In this document: positions 50,557 through 62,679 of the stretch, piece by piece
Position numbering within the stretch: position 1 is the stretch's first letter
Layout: the number at the start of each line of letters is the position of its first letter
From: Mobula hypostoma
Taxonomy: Eukaryota
Direction: 5' to 3'
DNA: 64,000 nt
NCBI RefSeq assembly: GCF_963921235.1
Contig: NC_086108.1
Span: forward strand, 70,868,001-70,932,000
Made by a program: the position numbers and the translations under genes
The notes under the pieces: generated by a model
The model's input: the letters and a program-made list of their open reading frames with translations, nothing else
Database searches by the model: none
What the model was told of the DNA's origin: nothing

Positions 50557-52093
50557 GTGAGAAGACAGCTGAAATGTCTCAACCCAAGTAAGGCTGCAGG
50601 ACCGGATGGTGTCAGTACCAGGGTGCTCAAAGCCTGTGCCCCTCAGCTATGTGGAGTACTTCGCCATGTATTCAACCTGAGCCTGAGGCTCCGGAGGGTT
50701 CCTGTACTGTGGAAGACGTCCTGCCTCGTCCCTGTGCCGAATTCACCGTGCCCCAGCGGCCTCAATGACTACAGACCGGTGGCATTGACCTCCCACATCA
50801 TGAAGACCCTGGAGAGACCTGTTCTGGAGCTGCTCCGGCCTATGGTCAGGCCACACTTAGATCCCCTCCAGTTCGTCTACCAGTCCCGACTAGGAGTTGA
50901 GGATGCCATCGTCTACCTGCTGAACCGTGTCTACGCCCACCTGAACAAGCCAGTGAGCACTGTGAGGGTCATGTTTTTTGACTTCTCCAGTGCGTTCAAC
51001 ACTATCCGCCCTGCTCTGCTGGGGGAGAAGCTGACAGCGATGCAGGTGGATGCTTCCCTGGTGTCATAGATTCTTGATTACCTGACTGGCAGACCACAGT
51101 ACGTGTGCTTGCAACACTGTGTGTCCGACAGAGTGATCAGCAGCACTGGGGCTCCACAGGGGACTGTCTTGTCTCCCTTTCTCTTCACCATTTACACCGC
51201 GGACTTCAACTACTGCACACAGTCTTGTCACCTTCAGAAGTTTTCGGATGACTCTGCCATAATTGGATGCATCAGCAAGGGAGATGAGGCTGAGTACAGG
51301 GGTACGGTAGGAAACTTTGTCACATGGTGTGAGCAGTATTATCGGCAGCTTAATGTGAAAAAGACTAAGGAGCTGGTGGTAGACCTGAGGAGAGCTAAGG
51401 TACCGGTAACCCTTGTTTCCATCCAGGGGGTTAGTGTGGACGTGGTGGAGGATTACAAATACCTGGGGATACGAATTGACAATGAATTGGACTGGTCAAA
51501 GAACACTGAGGCTGTCTACAAGAAGGGTCAGAGCGTCTCTATTTCCTGAGGAGACTGAGGTCCTTTAACATCTGCTGGACGATGCTGAGGATGTTTTACG
51601 AGTCTGTGGTGGCCAGTGCTATCATGTTTGCTGCTGTGTGCTGGAGCAGCAGGCTGAGGGTAGCAGACACCAACAGAATCAACAAACTCATTTGTAAGGC
51701 CAGTGATGTTGTGGGGATGGAACTGAACTCTCTGATGGTGGTGTCTGAAAAGAGGATGCTGTCCAAGTTGCATGCCATCTTGGACAATGTCTCCCATCCA
51801 CTACATAATGTACTGGGTGGGCACAGGAGGACATTCAGCCAGAGACTCATTCCTCTGAGATGCAACACAGAGTGTCATAGGAAGTCATTCCTGCCTGTGG
51901 CCATCAAACTTTACAACTCCTCCCTTGGAGGGTCAGACACCCTGAGCCAATAGGCTGGTCCTGGACTTATTTCCTGGCATAATTTACATATTATTATTTA
52001 ACTATTTATGGTTTTACTATTATTTATTATTTATGGTGCAACAGTAACGAAAACCAATTTCCCCCGGGATCAATAAAGTATGACTACGACTAC
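50557..52093 (+). mobile_element. 5'-truncated Rex1-type LINE, well preserved
   Basis: KAAGPDGV, LNDYRPVALTSHIMK, FFDFSSAFNTI, GAPQGTVLSPFLFTIYT, QKFSDDSAI; tail aataaagta followed by gactac repeats. Confidence 0.92.
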
Positions 52094-53989
52094 TATTACT
52101 GGGCTGTTAATGTGTGATATATGTCCATTTGGTTACACTGGGTTTATAAGAACAATCGGCCAATTTGGGTAGACTTGGAATTGAAAGCTGTGAAAAAGTT
52201 TTATTTAACCTTGTTATTGGGAGCTGCTTTACCTATACAATTAGCTAAAGTTGCTAATTTAAATTTATACCCTGTGATCAAGTATCCTTTACAAACTTGG
52301 CTCCAGTTCTGTAACTCTTTTAATCTTAAAAAATTTAAATTTAGTAGTGTAATTTATCAAAATTACTTTTTAAAGCCTTCTTTGAATGATCCAATCTTTT
52401 TTTACTTTGGAAAAATAAAGGTATTAATTCTTTTTTGGATTTATTTAAAGAAGATAGACTTATGTCTTTTGAACAATTAGTTGATAAACTCTTTCATACT
52501 CACACTTTTTACAATACCTTCAAGTTAGACATTTCTTACAAAAATATTTAAGTAATTTTCCTTATATATTGGATGCCGACCTGTTAGATACTATTACGAA
52601 TATGAACCATTTGATGAAGGGTTCCATTGGAAGAATTCATAATTTACTATTACAAAAGGATAGGCGTCCTTTATTTAAGATTACACAAGATTGGGAAAAG
52701 GAACTTAATTTGACTTTTATGATGGAGGTCTGGACATGGATTCTGGAGTTGGTTAACTCTTCTTTGATCTGTGCTAGTCATTCACTGATTCAATTTAAAA
52801 TTGTACATCGTTACTATTTGACGTAGGAGAGATTGTCTAAAATGTTTCCTAATGTTGATGGTTATTGCGATAGATGTAAAACTGAGACAGCTACACTGAT
52901 CAGTTTTGGTCTTGTTCTATACTGGAAAAGTTCTGGAAGTCAGTTTTCTCTATAATTTCTAAAGCAATTAATTTACAACCTAACAAATTAACTGTGCTTT
53001 TTGGAATAATTCCTCAAAATATCCGTGGTATCTCTTTGTCTGACCAACATGTTATTGCATTTGTTACATTGATAGCTAGGAGGGCCATTTTGTTGAAGTG
53101 GAAGGATACGTCGGCTCCCATTTTGTCACAATGGTTCTCTCAAGTGATGCTATGTCTTAGTTTGGAGAAAATTAGAAGTCGAACCTTTGAACCTATGTTT
53201 GATTTTGAGAAAAGATGGGGTTCATTTGCTCGTTACTATCATTTGAGTTAATTGATAGATTTCCTCCATGATCTAATTGTAAAACAATTAAACATCTTTA
53301 AAACAATGTTTTTTTTTCTCTTTAGACATTGTAAGTGTTGCCTACTTCGATGTATTCTTGTTAATTTTGGATAATAATAATAAAGATTTGAAAAGAGAGA
53401 AAAAGACATGAGATAGCCCTAGCAAACAAGTTAAAGGAGAATCCTTAGAGATTCTACAAATATATTAAGAACAAAAAGGTTGTGAAATCACAAGAGTGAG
53501 AATATAAATTAATATTTGTCATCTGTATTTACTGTGGAGAAGATAATGGAAGCTAAAGAGTTAAAGGATATGAATAGTGATGTTTTGGAACATATTCACA
53601 TTACAAAACAGGAGTTGCAGGCAAACTTAAAGGATCGAATGTATGCCAGGATTTTGTGGGAAGCTAGGAAAGAAATTGCAAGGATCCTGGTAGAGATATT
53701 TGTATTTTTCTCAGTCATGGGGGAGGTACTAGAAGACTGGAGTGTGCTAAAGTTGTGCCTTTTTACAAGAAAGACTGCAAGGACAAGCTGGGAAAGTAAA
53801 AAGCCATTGAGCCCATTATCAGTGGTGGGAAAGTTATTAGAGGGAATTCTGAGACAAAGGATCTATCTGAATTGGAAAGGCAAGGACTGATTTCTATGCA
53901 TGGGGAAATTAAGTCTCATAAATTTGATTGAAGAAGGAAAAAAGATGACTGATGAAGGCAGGATGGTAGACGTGGTCTGCCTGGGTTTT

Positions 53990-54205
53990 ATTACTTTATC
54001 ACTTTCTTGTCACCAAACAATTGATTTTAGAGTGTACAATTATCACAGTGATATTTGATTCTGCGCTACGTGCTCCCTGGAGTACAAATCAATGGTAAAT
54101 ATCATAAAAATTTAAATTATAAATCATAAATAGAAAATAGAAAAGAGAAAGTAAGGTAGTGCAAAAAAAAAACTGAGAGGCAGGTCCGGATATCTGGAGG
54201 GTATG
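53990..54205 (-). mobile_element. Short LINE 3' tail (related copy on plus at ~59670-59840)
   Basis: Shared cagaatcaaatat..ctgtgat.attgtac...ta..atcaattgtttgg.gacaa block. Confidence 0.6.
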
Positions 54206-56099
54206 GCCAAGGCTTTTGACAAGAAAGATCTCATGGTAGACTGGTCTGGAAAGTTAGATAACAGAGTCAATTAGATACAAAATTAGTTTGGTGGAAAGAG
54301 TCAGTAGGTGGGACTGAGTGGTTGTTTTTCAGATTGGATGCCTGTAACCAGCAGTGTTTACCATGGACTGATGCTCCGTCCTTTGTTGTTTGTCATCAAT
54401 TTGGATGACAATGTTATCAATGTGGTTAGTAAGTTTCTAGATGACATCAAAATTGGTGGTGTAGTGAACAGTAAAGAGGGCTATCTAAGTCCACAAAGGG
54501 TTGAAGACCCACTTGGGAAGTGAGCCAATGAAATTTGATTTGGAAAAATGCAACGTGTTGTACTTTGCTAGGTTAAACCAAGGTAAGGCTTAAACAGTAA
54601 ATGGCAGGGCCCTGGGAAGTACTGTAGAACAGAGGGACCTAGGAGGAGATACGTAGATCCCTCACAGTAGAGACACAGGTAAGCAGAGAGGTGAAGCAGG
54701 CATTTGGCATACTTGCCTTCATTGAATTCAAGAGTTGGGATATCATGTTATAGCTGTATAAGACATTGGTAAGACCGCAATTGGAATACTTGCACAGTTT
54801 TTGTATTGGCAGGAAATCATCAATTTGGAAAGGGTACAGAAAATATGGAGAAGGACGTTACCAGGACTGGAGGACAAGCTATAAGCAGAGACTGGATAGG
54901 CTAGGACATTTTAATCTGGGGTGTAGGAGGTTCAGAGGTGACTTTAAAAGAGATTTATAAAATCATGAGGGACACAATAAAGAGAATAGTCACAGCCTTC
55001 CCCCTCCCCCCCCCCAGGTTTAAGGAGAGGAAAGATTTAAAAAGGATCTGAAGGTGGTGGTCATGGGTAATGAGCTGCAAGGGGAAGTGGTAGAGATATG
55101 ATTACATCTAAAAGACATGAACACCTGTCTAAATGTCTTACTTGGATTTGAGGAATGTGGGCCAATCATGGGAAAATGTGGCAAACTATAGATAATCTAG
55201 TTGGCATGGATAAATAGGGCTGTAGGGCCTGTTTCTGTTCTATGTAACTCAATAACTCAGTCACAAAGGGTTGTATGACTTCAGGAAGCTACTCACAATA
55301 TGATTTGAATAAGAAAAAAAAACACAATGAAAATCAATCTGCAGACTACTTCAGTATCACACCATAGCTATATTCACAGACATATTAAAATCCTTACCTT
55401 CCACTAGAACAATGAAAGCAGGATATACCAACTACATAGCATGATCTCACATCTCCTCCAGTTCATACTTTTTTCCTGCTTTGGCATTCATTGCTAGGTT
55501 AAATTTTTGAAAGTACCAACCTGCCAACAAAGTAGGAGCGCAGAACACAGCACAGGGTTTGTAGTGGTCTGGGGAAAAAGACAAACCACCATATTTCCAA
55601 TCGTAGACAACAGTAACTGCTAATCTTGCTAACTATTTTCACAAGTAGGGAATTAATTAGTTAGAAACCTCCTCAACCTACGAATGATTCAGAATATTAA
55701 ACTATTATTTTTACACAAAAGTATTAAATTATTCCTGCCTCAGAGAGTGATGTATCTCTGGAATTCTCTGTCCCATGAGTTGTGGATGCTGGATCATTAG
55801 ATGTATTTAAAGTGGATAGTTTGAGGGGTGAGGGGGATGGAGAAATAGCACATTTAAGAGTTGAGGCCAGTATAGATCATCCAGAGTCATATTAAACGAT
55901 TGGGCAGGCTTAATGTGCCTAATGGTCGATTCCTGCTTCCATTTACTTCTTGTCTTGTGTGCAAACAAAAATAAGCTAATGATTGGTTTATCATGTATAA
56001 TCAGAGCATAAACCACATCAAATTCAGTGCTTGTTTGATCCGACTTTGAAAAAACTTCTATGTTTCAAAATATTTGGGTACTTAAAATCGTTACAATAC

Positions 56100-56850
56100 A
56101 GGTATGGAGACGGCTTACAAAGAGGAGATGGAAGAGCTAAGCCTTGGTGCCAGGAAAATAAGCTCTTCGTCAATGTCAACAAGACAAAGGCCATGGTTAT
56201 CGACTTCCGGAGAACTCACACCCCCCTTTATTTTGATGGCATAGCAGAGGAAACTGCATGCAGTTTCAAAATCGTGGGAGTGCACATCTCACACAACAAC
56301 CTCTTCTGGTTCCAGACATCCGACACAGGCAGGAAAGCTCTCAGCAACACCTCTACTTTCTGAGACTGTGGAGAGCTGGACTATGCATGGCCATACTCGT
56401 GTCACTAACAGATGTGCAGTGGAAAGCATCCAAACAAGCTGCATCACTGCATGGTACAGAAACTGCATAGTGGCAGACAGGAAGGCTCTGCCCGGTACGT
56501 CAGCGGCACCAGTCTACCCGCCGTCAGGATATGTATACAGAGAGGTGCTGGAAAAGGACTAGTATCATGATGAATCCCACCGACTCTACACATGGACTGT
56601 TTGTCCCACTTCCATCAGAGAGGAGGTGACGTGGCATCCATGTCAGGACCACCAGACTCAAAAACAGTTACTTTTCCCAAACAGCAAGGCTGATCGACAC
56701 CTCCATCCACTAAACCACCCAACCACCACTACTTTATCATTTTCTGTCAGTTACAATCAATCTATGTATACAAGCTATCTTATATATTTATGTTTATTGT
56801 GTTCTTTATCTTATTCTGATTTTTTTTGTGCTGCATCGGATCCAGAGTAA
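56100..56850 (+). mobile_element. Rex1-like LINE 3' fragment
   Basis: WCQENKLFVNVNKTKAMVIDFRR; CAVESI.TSCITAWYRNC. Confidence 0.8.
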
Positions 56851-57260
56851 CAATAATTTCATTCGACTTTTCACTTATACAGGAAGTGGTATTAAACCAT
56901 CTTAAATTGACATGTCTGAGCCAAGAGCTGTCAAGGACTGAAAAGAACTTCTGTCTGTCTCACTTTGTCACCCTATTCTTGAAGATGCTGACAAGCTGGT
57001 TGGGTGCTGAGAACCTCCAAAACCTTAATATAATAGCTTTTGTAAATCAGAGTCAAAATAATAAGCATCAGCAGCTTGTTTAAATTTGTTAAAATTAAAA
57101 TGGGAACGTTCCAGCAAATATTAAATAACAATCAGACATAGGACACTGATCAATATATCCTTTCTTTCTCTTTCCCTCTTGTGCCAACCCCACCCACCCA
57201 GAAACCAAATGCATTGAAGCTAACTGGAACAACGATTTGCTGCATTGGGCTATGACTTGC

Positions 57261-57953
57261 TCATTGCATTAAATTCTTTCTCAAAGAATCAGTCAAATGT
57301 AGCTGAATGCATCTCTTAAAGAAACTGATACACTTGCTGGAATACTTATCAGGAAACATTTTAAAATGGCTTACATGCTGTGAAGTGATAAAATCCATAG
57401 ATTGCACTTCAATATTTAACAACTTTCTAGCTTCGATCATTGCCTCGATCTCTTTGTAGGAAATTATTTTATCTGCTTTTGAATACAAGAAAAGTTGAGG
57501 CCATCTTGAAGGTTCTGCTTTCAAAGCATCATAGAACGACAGGGAAATAAATTGCGTGACTGGATAGAACAAAACCCGAAAGAATGCAGTCAATGTGAAA
57601 GTAAGAATAGCAAAGCACCTTACAAAAATGTTGATGGAAGGACTCAAAACTGTATTCAGAGCACGAATGCCACCTGATAAGTTCCTATCTCCAGGTGCAC
57701 TATCAAAAATAGTCCCTACAACATTTAACTTTGCATACTTAGTTTCAGTTTGGTTAAACAGAAGTTTAACAATGTGGCAATATAGCATGCTGCCAGCATT
57801 ACTAAAAACATGGAACAAAATTGGATGCTCTTCTATGCCGACATCAAACAGAAGATCTAGTAGTTTTCTTGCTGTGTAATGGAGATTTTTACTGAAGATT
57901 CCAGGGAAAAATATCTGGCGCCATGGAGTTGGATATCTGAGAACTGCACAGCT
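57261..57953 (-). CDS. TMEM53: TMEM53 (DUF829 family) terminal coding exon; upstream exons not found in window
   Basis: ttgttgcag|AGC TGT...CAA TGA, 693 nt open. Motifs HVFSNAG, GTIFDSAPG, a hydrophobic segment, WPQLFLYSKAD and SQHVSH are characteristic of TMEM53. Confidence 0.93.
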   Translation of the reverse strand, partial: SCAVLRYPTPWRQIFFPGIFSKNLHYTARKLLDLLFDVGIEEHPILFHVFSNAGSMLYCHIVKLLFNQTETKYAKLNVVGTIFDSAPGDRNLSGGIRALNTVLSPSINIFVRCFAILTFTLTAFFRVLFYPVTQFISLSFYDALKAEPSRWPQLFLYSKADKIISYKEIEAMIEARKLLNIEVQSMDFITSQHVSHFKMFPDKYSSKCISFFKRCIQLHLTDSLRKNLMQ

Positions 57954-58319
57954 CTGCAACAAAAGTTTAAAAAAAATATTTCAATAGATGACATAGAAAA
58001 CATCCATTACAATTTATTGGTGAATACATTGTTTAAGAGATGAAAAGATGACACAACTTCCATAATAACCAAGGATTTTCAATATCTCAGAAATAAAGCA
58101 AAAACGGAATGTTCATTGGTTTAAAATGCTCTAAGATTGAGCCTCTCGGATGCAGCTTGGAGAGTGGGGGGGTGGTGGTGGAAATTACAACGTGGGAAAT
58201 GACTAGTTTTTTTTATTGTTGATAACAATTGAAAATAATTCCTACCATAAATAGCCTAATGAAAGAGTCATATCTGTTATACTTTGGATAGCTTTATTCA
58301 AGTGATCAGCATCTTCAGT

Positions 58320-59640
58320 CATAGAATCATTGAGTTATAAGGAGAGAAATAGGTCTTTCAGCCCACCATGTCCGCACTGACTATCTTGTCCATCTACACC
58401 AATCGCATTTGCCCACACTAGACCTGTATCATTTAAGATTCAATCTAAGTGTCCGTAAACTATGATGTTGTATCTGACTCCACCACCTGCACTGGAAGCA
58501 AGTTCCAGATACCAACTATTCACTCTATTAAAAAAAATTCTCCTTAAATCATCTTCAAAGCTCCTTCTCACCTTAACCTATGTCCAATTGTTTATGACAC
58601 CACTACTGTAAATGGTAAAGATGATTCTATCTATCCTTTCTGTGCCTCGTATAATACATCAATCACTATCAGATCTTTCCTCAGCTCCTTGCCTCCAAGG
58701 AAACATACCCAACTTCTCTAATCTGTCTCCATTAATGAAGTTCTCCGTTCTAGAAAGATCCGGCTGGTGGTGTAGTGGCATCAGTGCCGGACTTCGGGAC
58801 AAGAGGTCCCGAGTTCGAATCCAGCTGGCTCCCCTGCACGCTTTCCATCCGTGCTGGGTTACGATCTGGTGAGCTCTTTGGAAACTCACCCGGCAGATGG
58901 CAATGGCAAACCACTGCTGTAACTTGCCTTGTACGCGGTTCCCCACCACAGTGAGAGGCATGGAGGGAAATCGTCCGCTAACCGGAGAAACTCTGGATGC
59001 GACGTACCTTTTCTTTTCCGTTCTAGGCTACATGCTGGTGAATTGCCACTGCACACTCTCCAGTTCACCACATCTTCCTATAGTGTGGTGACTGGAACTT
59101 CACACAGTACTTCAAATACAGTCTAACCGTGTTTTGTAAAGTTGCAACATAACATAACAATTTTTATACTTTATGTCATACACTAGGGACTTGAAACCTA
59201 AAGTCTCTCTTTTCATCAACATTCTTTAGCACCTGATCATTTACTGCACATCTACCCTATGAGTGTTCCAAAATTTTATCACCTAACTTTTGTCAGGTTT
59301 TAATTACATCTGCTCTACCCAACTTTCCATCTGATCAATATCCTTGTCCTTGGCCAACCTTCCTCATTGTCCACAACATCACTACCTTCTGTGTCATTGC
59401 AGACTTACTAATCGTACCTCCCACATTCACATACAAGTCATTAATACAGACAATAAACATTCAGAGTTCCAGCACAGCTTCTTTTGCAAGAACACTGATC
59501 ACAGACTTCTAATCAGAAAATCATCTTCCCACCACCCTCTGCCATCTATCACCATGCCAATTTTGGCTCCATTTAGCCAGCTCATCTTGAATTCCATGTG
59601 CTTGTATGCCTGTGCCAACCTACTATTTGGAATCAGGTTA
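58320..59640 (-). mobile_element. Decayed CR1 3' part with a nested SINE
   Basis: INGDRLEKLGMF-like peptide and CR1 tail on the reverse strand. Confidence 0.6.
58754..59016 (+). mobile_element. tRNA-derived SINE; same head as 23134-23351, different tail
   Basis: tggtgtagtgg / gttcgaatcc boxes; perfect 10-bp TSD tccgttctag at 58744-58753 and 59017-59026. Confidence 0.9.
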
Positions 59641-60946
59641 AATAAAAGAGATCACCAGATCTTAACCTAGCACGGATTTATAATTTAAATTTTTAATATT
59701 TACTAATTTTTACTATTTTTAATATTTTTGATATTTAATATTTGTAATCCAGGGAGTGGGAAGTACAGAATCAAATATTGCTGTGATGATTGTACGTTCT
59801 AGTATCAATTGTTTGGCGACAATAAAGTATGAAGTAAAGTAAATGCCTTACTAAAGTCCATATAGACACTGCTTATTGCCTTGCCTTGATTATCTCAATA
59901 AAAGTGGAGTCAGGTGACTCTTTTAACAAGCCTCCTGGCAAATTTCTGGTTCACAGATTGCTTTCCAATCTGCTGAGAAAACAAAACTAAATAGCAGACC
60001 AAAAGATAAAGAACTAGTTTAGAAGCTAAGGTGCAAAAGATCAGCTCTTGTTTTTATAAGATCTTTGGGGAAAACATAACATGGATTATGGGGTATGTTA
60101 CGTTTTGAGGAGAGTTGCAATCAAGTGGATAAAAAATAAAATGAACAGGACTAAGAACATAAACATTAGAAGCAGGAGAAGATCATAGAGATGCCCTTTG
60201 AACCTGCCTACTATTCCTTACAGCCTTTGCCTGATTTTCTATGTCACTGCCATTTTCCTGTTTTCTTCACGTCCCTTGATTACCTTAATATCCAGAAATC
60301 TACTCAAAACTTGTTTGAATGAATTCAATGACAGAGCCTTCACAGTCCTTCAGTGTAGAGAATTCCAAAGACTTGCCCATCTTCTCAATGAAGAAATTTC
60401 TTATCACCTCTGTCCCAATTGCCTATCCTTCCTCTAAGTGACTGCCTGTTTTAGAACTCATCCTCCCTGCAAGAATTTTTATAGGTTTCCATAGCATCAC
60501 CTCTATAGAAAGTACACCTCTGTCGAAAGAATGTCCAGTAAATAAACGAACATCATCTCTGGAACCAGTCCAATGACTCTTTTGATACTCTTCTGTGGAA
60601 ACTATATCCTTTTTAAGAAAAAAACCCAAAACCATAACAGTTAAATACTTCCTCTTCTAATGTCTCTATTTTCCTTTGCAGGGTGGGCTGGGGTCCTGTC
60701 AGGGTCTTTGATCTACGGTGACACTCAAACTGCGGTCCTGCACGATGGCGTGTTCCCGTACTTGGAGCTCGCCAATTGACTGCATTTTTCAATACGTCCA
60801 GGTTTGGCCTGAAGTCAAGCACCTTCGGGGCGCAGACCTGTGTGGCCCTGTGGATGTGAATTCTTGCTGATGTCTTGAACTGAAGTATAGTGGGAGCTGA
60901 AACGTGGAAGACAGTGTGAGTGGTTTTTGGAGGCCTTTGCACTTGA

Positions 60947-60981
60947 TCTCTCTCTCTCTCTCTCTCGCTCACACACACACA
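60947..60981. repeat. Compound (CT)n(CA)n microsatellite
   Basis: tctctctctctctctctcgctcacacacacacac. Confidence 0.85.
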
Positions 60982-61889
60982 CTCAATGGTGAGTGAGAGT
61001 TTGCTGCTGATTCTCAAGTTGGGGAGCTTAAAACAAAAACAATGCTTCAGACTGAGTGTAACATTGAAACAGTGACTGCTCATCTCCCCTCTTGCTGTGG
61101 AAGGAGGTATCTGCCTCTCCATCATGGGAGAGGGAGAGGGAGCGCGCGCCTGGGGGATGCTGAAATGTTGGAGTGAACAGTTAGTTTTTAATGTAATGTC
61201 GACCATGGTCTCTCTTTGGGAGCTTTACTGTTGTGTGCATGCTGATGCTTGATACTAGAACAAGTGGGGGAGGAGAAGGGGGGACAATTGATGCTGCTTG
61301 TGCATGGGATAGGGTAGGGGTCTTTGGAGCTATTATTGTGTTTTTTTGTCTGTCATTCATTCTTTGGGGTTTTGCTTCTGTTTTGAGGATGTCTGTGGAG
61401 AGTTGAGAATTTCAGGAGTGAGAATGTCTACTCTATACGTTCTCTGCTATTAAACTACACTCCACCAAACCAAACCCCTTTACAGTTGGAGTAAGACATC
61501 TTCATTCCTGCTACTTTCTGAATTGCTACTACAAAACTATGAGCTAGGGGTACACATAATATAATTGAACAATCGTGCTCCACAAAACCAAAGAAAAATA
61601 CGTCAAAGATAATGTCTCTGCTTTGATATTCCTCTATTTTCCCCTCAAAGCATATTATTGGATCTGCTTCAAGGCAAAACATTTTATGCACCAATAACTG
61701 CCTAATATAAACATTAATGAACTTCCTCTTTCTACATAACTGAATTTCCATACTTGAAACCATCCTTGTGATACTATCATAAAAGGACCTTAAGAATCTA
61801 CCTTAAATGAGCAACAAATTACAGAGGAGGAGCAATATTAAAGGTTAGAATAATCCTATTTTTATTTGAAGAGGTTCCTTAAGTTATCG

Positions 61890-62462
61890 TAGCTGGGGGA
61901 GGGGGTGAGTGAATAAGCTCCCACTACATATTAAATGCTCCCAGTAGCAGGTGTCTCAAATAGCCTCTGGCAGCCACACCCGGCTCCTGACGTTCACGTT
62001 TTAGCTACTAAGCCCGGCAGAACTATTTCTACTGACAGAGAATGGGTAATGATGGGTTACTGACACCTTAAAACCAGTCGCTCAGGCAGATACGGCTTGT
62101 TAGTTGTGCTTGGCAGCACACTTAGGAATAAGAAAACTTTGACCTCAAACCTCTGCTGCCTTGTGGCTATACCCACTCATGGAGGAGGCTTTGGGAGTAA
62201 ACACGAGGAAAAATCCAGAGCTGCAGTCCTCAAGACAGTCCTACATTGAGTTGAATGCTGACTGGCCTATCATGCGATGCTGCTGATGCAAAACTGTATC
62301 AGTCTCTGCTGTTCTGTTGGATTCATCAGCTGCAAGGGTAGCTGATTGTCCTCAATATTGTGCTGCAGAGTTTGCACACTGTCTTGTATATCGAATGATG
62401 GTGTATATCGATTGATGGTGTAGGACGTAACATTGATGGCTGACCCAACCTATGGAAGGCCT
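61890..62462 (+). mobile_element. RTE-type non-autonomous retroposon (copy of 31650-32215)
   Basis: Colinear similarity with 31650-32215. Confidence 0.65.
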
Positions 62463-62679
62463 AATTTACGTAGGACAGCTGTAATTTGGAATTGAGCTCC
62501 ATTTAAAGTGATACTCCAATTATAATCCAGTGAGGAATGGTTCACTCACAACAGCATAGTAAAAGTACAGAAAATGAAAATGAAAATTTTGACATATGGT
62601 ACCAAACTGAGAGCTGTCAGAATCAAATGAACACAGCAAACAAACATAATAAGTGTTTCCATTGATTGTCAGTCTCAGA

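Larger units (their letters stand above)
49537..53400 (+). mobile_element. 5'-truncated L1-clade element (ORF2 RT to tail), itself interrupted twice
   Basis: GTRQ.CP|LSPLLF, KISPYADDLL, SGYKIN.SKSE, GGLALPNLRM|YYWA, Cys knuckle, aataaa and A-rich tail; aaaaga on both flanks. Confidence 0.9.
49050..55255 (+). mobile_element. Decayed CR1 LINE split by an L1 insertion (49537-53400)
   Basis: GGGVAFFIREDI (endonuclease); KIRRAK at ~49530 resumes as RHEIALANKLKENP at ~53405; RT and 3' end follow. Confidence 0.75.

Noticed and set aside
60613..61206. 197-aa minus-strand ORF as a possible TMEM53 upstream exon
   Set aside because: It crosses a microsatellite in repeat-like sequence and lacks the TMEM53 N-terminal LLGW.G motif.
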